In this document: piece by piece, positions 13,260 through 26,000 of the stretch
Layout of the letters: each line of letters starts with the position of its first letter
Position numbering within the stretch: the stretch's first letter is position 1
DNA from: Klebsormidium nitens
Taxonomy: Eukaryota; Plantae; Klebsormidiophyceae
Direction of reading: 5' to 3'
NCBI GenBank assembly: GCA_000708835.1
Contig: DF237295.1
Location: 1-64,000 of the forward strand
DNA: 64,000 nucleotides
Position numbers and translations under genes: made by a program
The notes under the pieces: generated by a model
What the model was told of the DNA's origin: nothing
Seen by the model: the letters and a program-made list of their open reading frames with translations, nothing else
Database searches by the model: none

Positions 13260-13567
13260 CAGTGTGAACTGGGCCGGCGCAGAGTAGACGGCGCCGACCG
13301 GCTGGAGCGAGGGTCCAAGGGTAGGTTCGATATCGGCCGGGCAAGGGGTGATCCACCGGGTAGTAAGTACCGACTCAATATGGCTGAGTTCAGAGTGAGT
13401 GAGTGTCCTAAAACCCGGTGGACCGTGAAGGGAGTCCAGATACTGACCGGTAAAACTCACGCTCAGCCGGCAGAAATGAAGGCTGACCGGTAGATCTCCG
13501 GCCCGACCGAAGTTCGTGCATGGCAATATCATTCATGATCACCGGGCCGGAGTTTACACGGGGCAGC
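13260..13567. mobile_element. Candidate non-autonomous DNA transposon relic (MITE-like)
   Basis: Flanked by a 10-bp direct repeat GTGCAGTCAC (13250-13259 and 13568-13577). Imperfect terminal inverted repeats CAGTGTGAACT / AGTTTACACGG (the right one ends 6 nt before the direct repeat). Many internal GGGCCGG/CCGGCC motifs. Confidence 0.35.
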
Positions 13568-14024
13568 GTGCAGTCACAACTTAGGTATTGTCAGACTCGG
13601 GAGTCGGACAGCCGGGCCTTCCGGCTTGCTTGAGATTGTCAGAATGGCGCCCGCGGCCCTACTTTGTCTCATGAGTCATGAGCCACCCATGGCTCATACG
13701 GGACTTTAAAATAAATTGATTGAAAATAGCTATGCAGCCTGCCCACACAAGAAAACGGCGACTGCTATATTCGCCTATCCTGTACGGTCAGGAACGAAAA
13801 TCCGCATAGCAGCTGCAGCAATGAGCGCACAGATTGCAATGAGGCAAGATGAGCACTGTGGGACTATGTCCTTCCGTCCATGCGGTCGGACTCTGATTAC
13901 AATCTACACCAATAGCTGACACATCGAAGGGACAAGAGATCAGATTCTTGAGGAAACATCTAGTTTTCGAAGCATTCTGCATTGTATGTCACGGTTTCAA
14001 CACCAGAACATCGATCTTTCAATT

Positions 14025-17000
14025 TCAATTCATGAACTTTCTGCAGTTAGCCGCTCCACAATGACAGGGCACCCTGTCTTTGTCCTCCTCTTGTGCAAAC
14101 CTGTAATCATACCTGCAGGCGCAGCAACAGACAACGATCATCAAACGTCCGCAGTCGACGTCGGTCACGCAGGGGAATGATGAGAACAGATCGCAAAAAA
14201 CGCCTCGTCTCTACTCAAGACAAAGTACAAGCTCAATGCACAAATTCTAGACCAAGTTGGTCCACACCCTCGTAAGCAACCAAAAGCGGATCACAAGAGA
14301 AAGCAAACTGCTCAAGAAGATGGAAAGTCGCCATACGCCATATTCGAGCTGATGCCACGTGTCAGAAGCAAGGGAGCCACTCACGTCAGCTCTTCGCCCG
14401 CTTGGACGTCTCTCTTTGCCCGCAGGATGATCCGCGTGATCCCGTCGACGCGCGTAATTTGAGAGTAACAGTTGGGGCCGCACTGTAAAAGCCGAACGAG
14501 AAGCGAATCAGATGCGAGGCGCGTTCACAGCGAGCAACAGAGAACTGTCTGCTGCCATCACGAACCTAAGAAGTCCTCTTGAAACAATTACCGGTGGTCG
14601 GTCGACAGCTTAGAGAACGGAAAAACGACGGTGTCCTTGCAGCCTCAGCTTAGCAAAGACGACGAAAGACTTGCAGACGACGGCAGAGTCGAAAGACTGG
14701 AAACTGTATTGTATCTTACAGGCGTCCATTACGACCAGACGCGCAAAACTCTATCACTGCTGAGGGGCCTTGGATTGAGGTTTGCTCGCACTAAGCAGGG
14801 AATCGCGGTCACCTTAGAGGGTTTGTGTTAACCCCATACTTACCGAGTGGTTAATGAGCCGGCCAAGGTTGCCCGTCTCGGTGGCGTCCACCACGTGCTG
14901 GTCGTCGACCTTGAAGAGCTGCAAAACAAATGCAAAATCAGAAACTGATGAGATCTTCGCTCTCCCGTTTCCGCTGTGTCAACTTTCGTTGCTTAAGAAA
15001 GGGGACACTGCTTTGAAGAGCTGCGAGCAACGAAAAAAACTGCCGATACTGTCTCTGCTCCAACTATCGTTGCTTGCTTTGTAAGCGGTTCAGAATTGGA
15101 AGGATCAGCGGTTTGGACCAGGGCTTGAGCCCGTGCCTGCACGAGACAAGGAATACAACGCACCAATCTGCAAACACGAGAGTAATATGATAGCCCAAGA
15201 GCGCCGTCGAAAGCATCGCATATCCTTTGCAGAATTAGTCGGAGTGGCCGGCGATTGTATCTTCGTTTGTTCGACTCATGCTCGACCGACAGCCTGCGAC
15301 CGATGCAACGCGTCGCTGAACAGAACGGCTTCTTCTGCTTCCGCATGATGACAAAGTCCCGCCAGTCTGTGCATTCAGCAACGCAGAACCTTGTCAACAA
15401 ACTATCAATCTCGTAATACGACGCTGCTAATCAAAGCACTTGTTATATACAATCAAAGCTAAGAACACCGGGTCGTAGAGCAGCAAACTCACGTAGCAGT
15501 CCTTGCCGATTCGGCGGTAGTACTTCTCCCGCAGGTTGGCCACGCTGGGCCGCACCAGCGTGCCCCGGTAATCGACCACGTAATCGCCCTCCAGAATCGT
15601 CTTCCGCGCGATGAGGCCCCATCCGTGGATGCCCGACTTGCCGAACGACAGCCGCGACTTCTCGGTCGCCTGCGGACGGATTCATCACATGAGCGTCCGA
15701 AACTGTCCACAAAGCGTCGGGAAATGGTGAAAGAGGGCGGGACTATCTCGGGAGCAATAACAAGAATTCTGAAAGTTTGTCGAGCACACTGAAGTTCCTC
15801 ATCGGGCGAATCGATGGGGGTCGATTTCCTCAATGTGAATCTGCAACAGTGCCGCAGCTTACTTTGACGCTCGGTTTGGGCAAACAAGTCAGAGCCCTCA
15901 AAAAGGACCGTATCCATTCACAAGCTTTGTTTTTGTTAGGTTCGCTGGCATGAACTGACGTCATAATGTGAAAGTCGCCTTACCTGCATGTGCTCAATCA
16001 TTCCAGAGACCGACAGGCCCTCTGGCGCGGCTGACTGCCTCCTTGCGACCTGCAGGAACGGACGTGATCTTGAGAATTTTAGAAAGAATGAAGAAGGGAA
16101 TTTGGCGCAGGCACATTGAAAGGATCGATGAGGCACTCAGTGTGGCGACAGTATACAAGGGTGCTAGACTCCGAAAAAGCACAAACTCGCACGTACAACC
16201 AGAGAAGGATGCCTGTTTTGACCCAAAAATTTACACCTGACCGAAAGTGGGCACCTTGTCGGTCCAATCTAGCGCAGGCTGGTCTCTAACGTTAAGCAAG
16301 AGGCTAGCGCGTTGGTGGGCTCGGTAAAGTCCAACCAAAGCGTGAACTCCTGAGCATGAGCAGGTGACCGGATGGACCCAACAAGGACCCCCCATTTCTA
16401 TCTGATTACCGATTGAGAAGTAGTAGCTGACGTTGATTTTTCAGAGAAGATCTCTGACAAGCTTGAGCGGCTGGGTTAAGAAGCCGGGATTAAGGGGCAG
16501 GTCGAGCCTTACCCAGTCGTCGCCGGCGCGCGTGTGCACGGCGCACTGCTGCTGCAGAAACTCTAACTGCGGCCGCGCATGGCGCACCACGCCCTCATAC
16601 AGCTGGGGGATCGGCCGCCGCCGCACGAACTGCAGAAAGGGTTTGGAGGGTTTGCGTTGTCAGCTTTGCAAAAATCGAGTCTTCAAAGTCCACAAGTTCA
16701 AGGGTTTGAGTTTGCAAGCGCTTCTTACGGAAGCTTTCGAAGGGACGCGTTTGGAAGGTCGGGCGCATGTAGACGAGTTGCAGCACAGTGGGTTCGCTAC
16801 AGACTAATTCCAAGTGTAAACATCGAGATCGTTTTGTTTCGCGAACTTGGGAAGACAATGGCGCAGAGCTGTAACCCTGCGTTAAATCGTGGAAGTCAGG
16901 TGAGCAGGCGGAGGAACGACCTTATACCAGTGAGCTCAAGTCGAGGCAGGCCGGATCGGCAGACTTCTGACGCGGGTACATTTGTGAACTCAAACCTCAC

Positions 17001-20000
17001 CAAGGGCTCGATATGAAATCTTGAAGACTATAGCCCTTTTGAGAATCTTTTTAAATAACGCTCCATTGAAAAGGATCCTCGATCTGCTCGATCTTTGTTG
17101 TTGCATGCAGTTTCATGTAAGTCTTGTACTGGATTTCACTGACACGCGACAATCAGTGACGAGAGCACAAAACACAGAATGGAACGACCTGAACGAAACG
17201 GGACGAGACAGAAGTATAGGATAAATGGGCAAGTCGTCTTCCGCGTTCTTCCTCACCACCTGCGGTCGCTCGCTTTTCGGCACGTATGGCCGACACCGGG
17301 CCGCAGACCCTCCCCCCGACGGAGTCACCTCTTTTCTAGTCTCTCCCACAACTGGCGTTCGCTTAGCAGCCCTTGGCTTCGCTCGCGACGGCACGACCCC
17401 CCGCTTGAGGAGTTCGGCGTCTAGCGAGGAGGAGACGCACGCGTTCTCCGCCTTTACGGCTCTGCAAAAAGCGGAACAGCCAACATGAGGATGTCGGAAG
17501 GATATCTGCCTTTGCGTCTCTGCAGAGAAGCGGGACAGCCACGTGAGGAAGTAAACGAGATTGCAGAAGATGACTTTGACCGAGAGGGAGGGGGTTGCGA
17601 CATGCAGAGCGCTGCCTAAAGTCGGCAGGTTTCGAGAACCGGGCTTGACTTCCAAACCCAGATTCGAACGAGTTTAGGGATGCCAAATCAAACAACAGCT
17701 TCAACAAGAATCACGGATGAGTCGCGCAATGAACTTGGTGACTGCTTCAGTTGAAGTATACCGATCCAGACCGACGAATCCACGCCAATCGTGCTTCGCT
17801 GTAAAGCTTCCTCAACCGCACCACCTCATATCAACCATCGACTTGCCTTTCCACAGCAACTCGTGCCTCGTACCCAGATACTGACGTATGTAACGAGCAA
17901 AACAATGACAAACAGACCATGTGCGGGCAATCTTGGCGGTCGCCGCTCACTTGTGCACTCGGCAGTAGCTGCGCGTCTCCATGCCGTCCTTGCGGGCGAC
18001 CATCTCCATGAAGAGGCCGTCGAGGCGCGCGCACATCACGTGGTACGCGCGCACACAGCGCGCCTGCTGGCACTGGATCGGCGCGCCGCACTGCTGCTTG
18101 CAGATTTTGCACACCTGGGGGAAAGCAAAAAAATGGCACTTTCATAAGTGGCACGTCTGGGAGATAGCCGGAACGCTCGGTTGAAAGCGTGCATAAGTGT
18201 TATTAGGGTATTTGGAATCGGAATCTGTCCCTACGAAAGAGGCACGGTAAACGGTGTGCCGCACTGCTGCTTGCAGATGTTGCACACCTGGGGGGGAGCG
18301 CAAGTGGCGATTGGTACAGGTCAATATCTGCTAGGATCACCTCGTGAGGATTGTCGAGAATCTTTGCCGTAAGGCTGGTCAAGAGCCCGTCACAGTTCTT
18401 GACTGCCTAAGGATTCTGATTAAGCAACGGTAAAGTTACCTTATGTTTCTTCATCCATCCTTTTGCGCCCTTGCCGCACAGTGACACTTGAAAAAATCAC
18501 GACGTGGTGCCTGTTGAAGTGTTCAAAGAAGCTGCGAATATCATTGAGACCTCTTCGGTAAGGCGCCCCTCAGTTCCCTCTCTTCCCCAAAGCCCGTTCC
18601 TTCCAAGGTCGGTCAGTCAAGATTCAAAACAGCATTTTAATAGCCCCTGGAGCAGTTGAGTTTCCAAACGATCCACGCAGAGTGGTCCTGACGGCCCCAC
18701 TCTACTGGACTCCGGGTAAAACCTCTCCGTGTGGCTCGAAACCAATCCAAGCCAACCGAACGTCCGCCCGACCTCTGGAACATTCGCCCACGTCAGGCAT
18801 GTTTTGACGAGGCGGGCAGGTTTGACCAACCTCGGTCAGCTTTAATCGGAAGTTGGTTAGATTAATCGAATCACATAACCCTGGCGGTCCTCTTACCAGG
18901 TCCCAGCGCGCCTTGGGGATCCGTTCGATGCCCTCTACTGGTTCCATCGCCCCCGCAGGATCTGCCAGCTGTGTCTCCGTCACCCACTGAGCGCATGCCA
19001 CGTGGGCCCACCGCCCCTCGATGGAAGTGGGCTTCAACGCGCCCCCTGCGCAGAGAACAGCAAAGGGTCAGGGAACAAAACGAGGAAAACACCAGGGAAT
19101 CCATGTGATCCGCAACTCTCGAGGAAGCGGAAAAGTAAGCACGAAATGATGAGATGGCGGATCAACCACGAACAACACAAGAGTAACTGTTTCGAAGGTC
19201 AGGATTCCAAGAAAAGAAGAAGGATAGATAATTCGACAGCGCCGCTTTAGAGAGACTGCTGGTGAGGGGGATAAGCTGTATCGAGGGATAAGGCTTGCAG
19301 GAAACGTCAAAGCAAAACAGTGGGATACGAGCGTAGCCTACCCAGGCGGCGTCATAAGGCGATAGCCGACTTCCCTACGAATCAGATTCAGCGCATTGTT
19401 CACACCTGTAAACACAACTGGTAAGTTCATTGCGAAACGACCGGCCTTGAGACCCGCGACTTCATTTGAAGTTCCCCCCAAAATTCAGAATTGTTGAGAA
19501 GCATAAGTAAAAGCGACCCGACAACATTCCCTCACCTCTGACGGGGCACAGGCAGCAGTGCGGCTTTAGAAGCGGGTCCTCGCACGCCCTGCACACCCAC
19601 ACCTTGGGCCGCTTCCCCGGGCTACCGATTCTACTGTCGGGGTGAGCGTTTCCCGGGGACTGCGTGCCGGTTCCGTGCTGCCCCGAGTGCTTCTCCGCGG
19701 CAGCAGATCGCCGGACGCCGTAGCACAGTTCGTGAACGGTCACGTGACACCTGGACGATACGGAACGGAAACTTCAACTCTAGAAGAGCCTTTGAAGGGA
19801 AGGGATGAGGGGAAGGGTTAAAAAGGTAAGTGAGACAAATGATTTCAAGCCTTGTTGAAGATGACACACTTAGTTGAGGTAAAATTGCAGAGAGCGAAAT
19901 GAGACACGAGTAATCAACCGGGTGAAAAAGACAAAAGAAACACTCCAAGAATAGCGGAGAAAGACGTGCTTACTGAGCAGATAGGCGTCGATAACCGGCA

Positions 20001-23000
20001 GGCACCCAAAATTGACGTGACCAAAAGCATCAGATAGCCTGATTGGTCGAGCAGACCAGAGAAGACGTGACCCAATCAAGTATCCTGTAGATTCCTCGAA
20101 CGGCTGAAGACTCATAAGAATCTTCTCAGTCAGGAAGCAGACGGTCCGGTGCAACCTGGCAACAAATGGAGGCGACTCTCTTGCTCTGGGGTGGACAGGT
20201 TTGATACTAACAACGAGACCGTGGTGACGCCTAGAGGTACGACCGACGTCACGATGACGTCAGCGGGTTTGACGCACCTGTCGCAGGTGATGAGTTCGTC
20301 GTCCTCGAAGTCTTCTTCCGAGTGACAAACCCCGCAGCGCTCCCCCGACCACTTTACGTGGATCGGAGTGTACGGAACTGCAACAGGAAAGTGACACGTG
20401 TCAGTAATGAAACGTTTCGGCAACGTCGAAAAACATGCGGCTGCTGCGGGGACATTCTTCGTTGCAGGGGAAAAGAACCAACCGCGGATGATTCTCGATC
20501 CGAGGCACGAAAGCACCTCTTCAAAAAGCTGGATAAATCAGTTGCTTCCGACCAAAGCGTAAGCGAGACTTTACCTTTTCATTGACGTCGCAATACGGTT
20601 TTATAAGCTGTCCAGTGCCCGTGACGGGCATCCCGACCAGACAATGGTACCTTTTCTGAAAGGGGCTTCCGTTTCTGATGGTCTAGATGAGCCTACTTCT
20701 TTCTCGGCCAATGTTCAATGCACTGGACAGCACAGGAGCCTTGTCAAGAGACTCCCTCAGAAAAAGTCATCCGAAAAGCGCTCACTCAAAACCTTCCGCT
20801 ACCGGAGTCTCCGTGTCAAAAGATCAGAGTACCCACTAAGACTCCACATCGAACCATCCAAGAAGCCTTGTTCAACGTTAAGACTCTTTAGAAAGATTCC
20901 ACAGCACAACCAGTAGCGCAGACTTGCAATCACGTCTTTCTGAAGCGCAATTGAGAAGCAGTAGTCGGCACAGACATGCCAAGTCAGCCTCCTCACCGTC
21001 CAGACGCTTCTGGACGCTTGCCAGCGCGTCGTGTGCCTTTGCCGCCTGCGTCCGCTTTGCGGTGTACGCCAGACCCTCCGCCTTGAAGCCCTCCATCATG
21101 TCCAGCTGCAAAGCAGAGGCGCACGAAGAGCGTCCGTCAGTCAACTTATCCTGACGCAAAGCTGACGTCAGCAGACTACAGTGCCCATCGCTATTGGAAG
21201 CATTCTCTCTTTGCTTCACCCTTTCACCTGCTTTGAACAGAAAGAAGCGGGATTGCCGTCACTCTCGTGTTGATGGGCCGCCAAAAAACCTACTTTTTGT
21301 CATAGCATGTGGTCGTAGTCACAAGAATCTATGGTCAAAATCAAAAAGATAAAAAGGAGATGCTGAGCACTTCTTGGATCGGATGGCTCACCCATCCGCT
21401 GAGGCTGGTTTTGATCCTTGACACCCGTATGCTCTCTCTCCAGTTGGCCTCTTGACACTTGGAGTGCCGCTCAAAGGCGGACGGATCCACCTTTTTCCGG
21501 CCGAGACACACTTCGCAGCGGCACCGGATCCTAAGAAAGATGGGTATAGATTGTCTGAATGATGTGGAAGAAACGCCTTACGGGCGTCGATGTTACTTTT
21601 TTGAGCCGGATGTGAGAGATTCCCGGGGAACCCCAAAAAGTCTTTCTGAAGTTCTATCTTAAAACATGTAGTGTATTCGGGTGGACGAATGTCAACCTGT
21701 TGGACACTGTGCCCTAGCCGAACAAATGGTGGGTCTCCAAGTGACTTCTCAAAGTGGGCCCTCACTCATGTGCACCGCCTCGATTCGGAACGCGCCATAG
21801 CTAAGTCTGCAAAAGCACATACAGTCTGTCGCATACGAAAGTTCACGCAAGCTTGATTAGGACAAGCATGCTCTTCGATCGTGAAGCTGCCACAACGCCC
21901 TACGATTGTTTGCGGTTTGTAAATGCAAGATGAGACCCCTCATATCGTCTGGTGAAACTACCTTGACAAACGAAATTCGGTGAGGATTCCAACTGTGACC
22001 GTCGAGTGGTCTTACTACTCCAACTAGATCCATTAAGAAACGTACGATACGTGAGACTTTATGCAGCTTCTTTCGAGCAACCTGCCAGTTTTTAGTGTCA
22101 TCTAACTTAACTAATTTCGTTCAGCAACTAACCGACTAAGTTACACTAATGTTTTCACTAAACTAGCAGGTTGCTCGGGAGAAGCTGTACCACATTTTCA
22201 TAAAGAAATGCGTAGGTTGAATGAATGTAACGTTTGGAAACGTTGTGATCACGTTTGTATGATGCTTACATGTGCTCCGCAGGAAGATAGTCGCCCTCGT
22301 TCCCGTCGCACTCCACCGCCAGCGCTGCTGGCAAGCTCACTTTCGCGGTCCTGAGAAAACAGGTTAAACAAACGCGGTTAGGGTTACCGAACGCCGGCTG
22401 TGTGCTGCATGAAACGTCGAGGCATGAGTGACGAAGAACAGCAGCCGAACGGACAAGAAAAGGACGAACGCGAAACGAGTTGCCATGAAACCTGGCTTTG
22501 CCGGGTGTCAAGGCCGGAATTCTGCTGCTGGAGCTGTGTCGACTGTGGAAGAAATGCAGTGCACTGAAGCCGTTTGACCCCAATTGAAAGACTGATCTGA
22601 GTCCACCGTGCAATGGGATCAATCTGCAGGTTACGCAAGTAGAGGTGTTGCCTCAAGAAGAGCAGCACTTTGATACAGCTCAACTCCAACACGGAGAAAA
22701 ACCAAAAAAACAAAAAAAACAAAACAAAACAAACAAAACAAACGGAGGCTCACTCCTGGTTGGCTCGGCAGCGCGGACAGCTGTACTCCGCATCCTCTGC
22801 CTCCATCGCCTGCACGATCGCAAGTGGATTCGCCTCAGTTGCGCTGGTTTTAAGATACAGCGCCAGTCACTGCGTGTTTCAAGGAAGAACAAGGGCCCGG
22901 TCGGCCCCCTGGATCGGATTCTCTTGCCGAAACGCGCCGATTGCCGATATGCTGACTGCCAACGACCATTTCATGTTCGCCTTGCAGAAATGGTGGGCGC

Positions 23001-26000
23001 ATGCAGAGAAACCGTCTTGGCTCGTGGGCCTCCAAAATCCCTGCAACCGCTTGCTGTCATTACGGGCTGGCTTCTGGGCAAATATGATTGCAAAACTGTT
23101 GTAAGGGCCGCAGCAGATGAAGGGGTTTGCTGGAAAAACTCCTTGATCCACTACGAAAGCAACGATAGGCTACAAGCCTTTGCACTGTAATTTTCCGTCC
23201 TAACACCGTCCGGTCCTACCACCCACCTTAAGTCGATCTGAGCTGATGCCATCGCAGTCCGCGTGAATCCAGAAGCCGCACTCGCTGTTGTCACATCCCA
23301 CCTGCACCGCACGCACAGCCTTAACGACGCAGAGCGTTGAACGAGCGGGTTCAACATCTGCAAGAACGACGACTCCTGAACAGCAAAGCAACATCAGGCA
23401 CCTTTACAAGCCCTGAGTTTCGAGGTTCCAAGAGCGCTTAGACAAGAAGGCTCGAAAAAATTTTTGATCAGAAAGGGGTGACAATTGGCCAGCTTTTAGT
23501 TTCCCGGGTTGAACATATCCGCCCGCGGATGTGTGTGACCTCAGTACTCAAATCAGACTCTCAAGGCATCTGGGAAGAGTGGCAACCCTTCATCCCTTGA
23601 GGAAAAAACCCTCCCCACCTTGAATAACCAGATGACCAAGACCGAGGAAGTTTAGAAGGTTACGAACGCTTTCCGCTTACCCAGCCGTCCGTCTGGTTCG
23701 GCAGCCATATCTGCTTGCATACCCAGCAGTACTGCTTGTTCTCGAAGAGCTGCACACAAGAAAGAGACGGCTCAGCCCGGATTCTCAAATTCCGAACTTT
23801 CCACCAGGGAGCATCTACAAATGTACTGGCCATTATGTCATCGCTCTCAATTTGATTGCCAGTGCCGTCGCATGACCATGTAAAAGCCCCTTTTTTGACT
23901 ACGACTGTGATGCAATGAAATATAAAGGACCAAAAAGATGCGGGTGAACACGTCCGGAGGGCAGTTACTCTAACGAGCAAACGGCTCAACTCATTAGCTG
24001 CTGCTCGATGTTCCTGGTACAGAAGCCATCCGCAACATTACAAGTTTCAAATATCCCGCCAGCCCAGCTCAGCCCTGATCACACAATATGTGACCTCTCC
24101 AAAGCAACGACAAGAAAAAGCGCATGTGTTCCTTACCTTGTAGCACGCCTCACAGACTTTCTCCAGGTCAACCGCATGCCCTTCGTCGAGGCCCTCTTTT
24201 CGCTTCCCCTTTCTCTTCACCAGACCTCCACAACTGATGCACTCCTTACTGCCCCCTGCCGCCGATGTCTCAGCACTAGTAGCACCAATCGCTAGGGCTG
24301 TGAGTTGGGCGGAGTTTGGTTCTGTGGTTGAGGAGGAACTAGAGCGAAGTTCAGGAGGCACCGGGTCGAGGTGGCCGTCGAGGCGCGAGGTGGAAAGCAT
24401 CGCCGCCGTAACGGCGGCGCGGAAGTCTTTGGCGCGCTTCTTCAGATCCTGCCCGCAGAACCTGCGAGGAGAGACATACGAGTGGTATTTTAGCAGACGG
24501 CTAAGGGAAGAGAAGGGAAAGTTACAGTAGGAGGTAAGGGAGTCCAAGGGGGGGGCCAACAGAAGCGTTCTTCCTTCCGTTGCAACGATCCAAGCAACCA
24601 TCACGGCAATGAACCTTCTGAAAGTCCTTGCAAAAGTCTCCTAGAGTCTGCTTCTTCTCAAGTCGGCCATAGATTTCATGACCGGAATTGAGGACGAGAC
24701 TCACCATGTTGCAAAGTCGAGGAAGGGAAATATGTTGCCTCGTTTTACCCACGAGTAATCCTGCAAACGACAGCCGCAAAGCCAGACTCGTGAGGTTGCG
24801 GCCTGGAAGCCCCCAGATCTATCGAGCAACAAATTCTCCAGAGTCCAGTCCTCTGTCTGAAGTCAGCAGCGAAGGTTTTGTCCGGCAAACAAGCACCCAG
24901 GACAGTGCAATTATCGACCCCAGCAAAGGGGCACCGACGCTGGAGCAATCAACCGGGGTTCCAATTTGGCTATCGGCAAGAGAATGTCTTTCTTAGCAAG
25001 GAGCAGATGGGTCAGCATGCCCCTCGCTAAGAAAGACACCCTCTTGCTGATAGCAAAAACTCTCACATGCTTTACCCCAGCACGTATAACCGCACTCCTT
25101 CACCTGGGGCCTAGCATTTGAGAATAACCCTTCTAGTTCTTCATGGTATGGCTTTAAGCTTCAACCACTCGCAATTTCAAGTCTGGGCCTTCTTCGAAAG
25201 CATGATGGGCACACCTCTCTTGAACCCTGGCTCATTAGCACGACCCACATCCTCCATTCGTAAGAAATGGACTCTCCAAACGTGACCTTCGAGTATTGGT
25301 AATCTTTAGAACTCAGGTAGATTAAAGCAAAGTAAAGTGAAAGTGTTTGACCTAAGTGGGGCACGCTAGAGCCACGAATGGAGTAGCTACCCGAAAGGGA
25401 GTGGAGCATAAGAATAATAATAATACACGAAAAGCACGCTACCGAGTGGGTGAGACGAAGGTCGTAAGCCCTTTGGTCGAGAAGAGACAATGACAAGACT
25501 CAAAAAAGAAGCCCCGTATAACGAAGTATTATATTGCTTACCTTATCCCACTTTTTGGACGACGACGGCCCAAAGTACTCCACACACAGCGCGTCAGGTA
25601 CAAACGAGCGCCGCACGGCCTCGGGCACATCCGCCATCTCCACCACCTTGGCCGGCCAAAACGGGTCATACCGCGTGCCCGTACGCGCCCATACTAGTTC
25701 CTCTGCCTGGAACTTTTCCAGGGGGAACGCGGCGCCCTCAGGCATGTGCCTCCGGCTCACAGCATTGCTTGGCGGGGCGACACCTGGCGCTTCCGGAAGC
25801 TTCCCCCCCACAGCATTGCTTTCTAGGGGCGGTTTTGATGCTGCACTTTTCCTTCTGGGCGTTTCTGTGATTGGTGCCATGTGAGGCGCGTCTACAAATG
25901 GTGCCAAAGAAGGGGAGCTTGGCGAGGGGCTGCGGTCTCCGACACTTCCTGGATCCGGGGTGGTGATCCTCTCTGCTGAGGGGACCCCTACCCCTACCCC

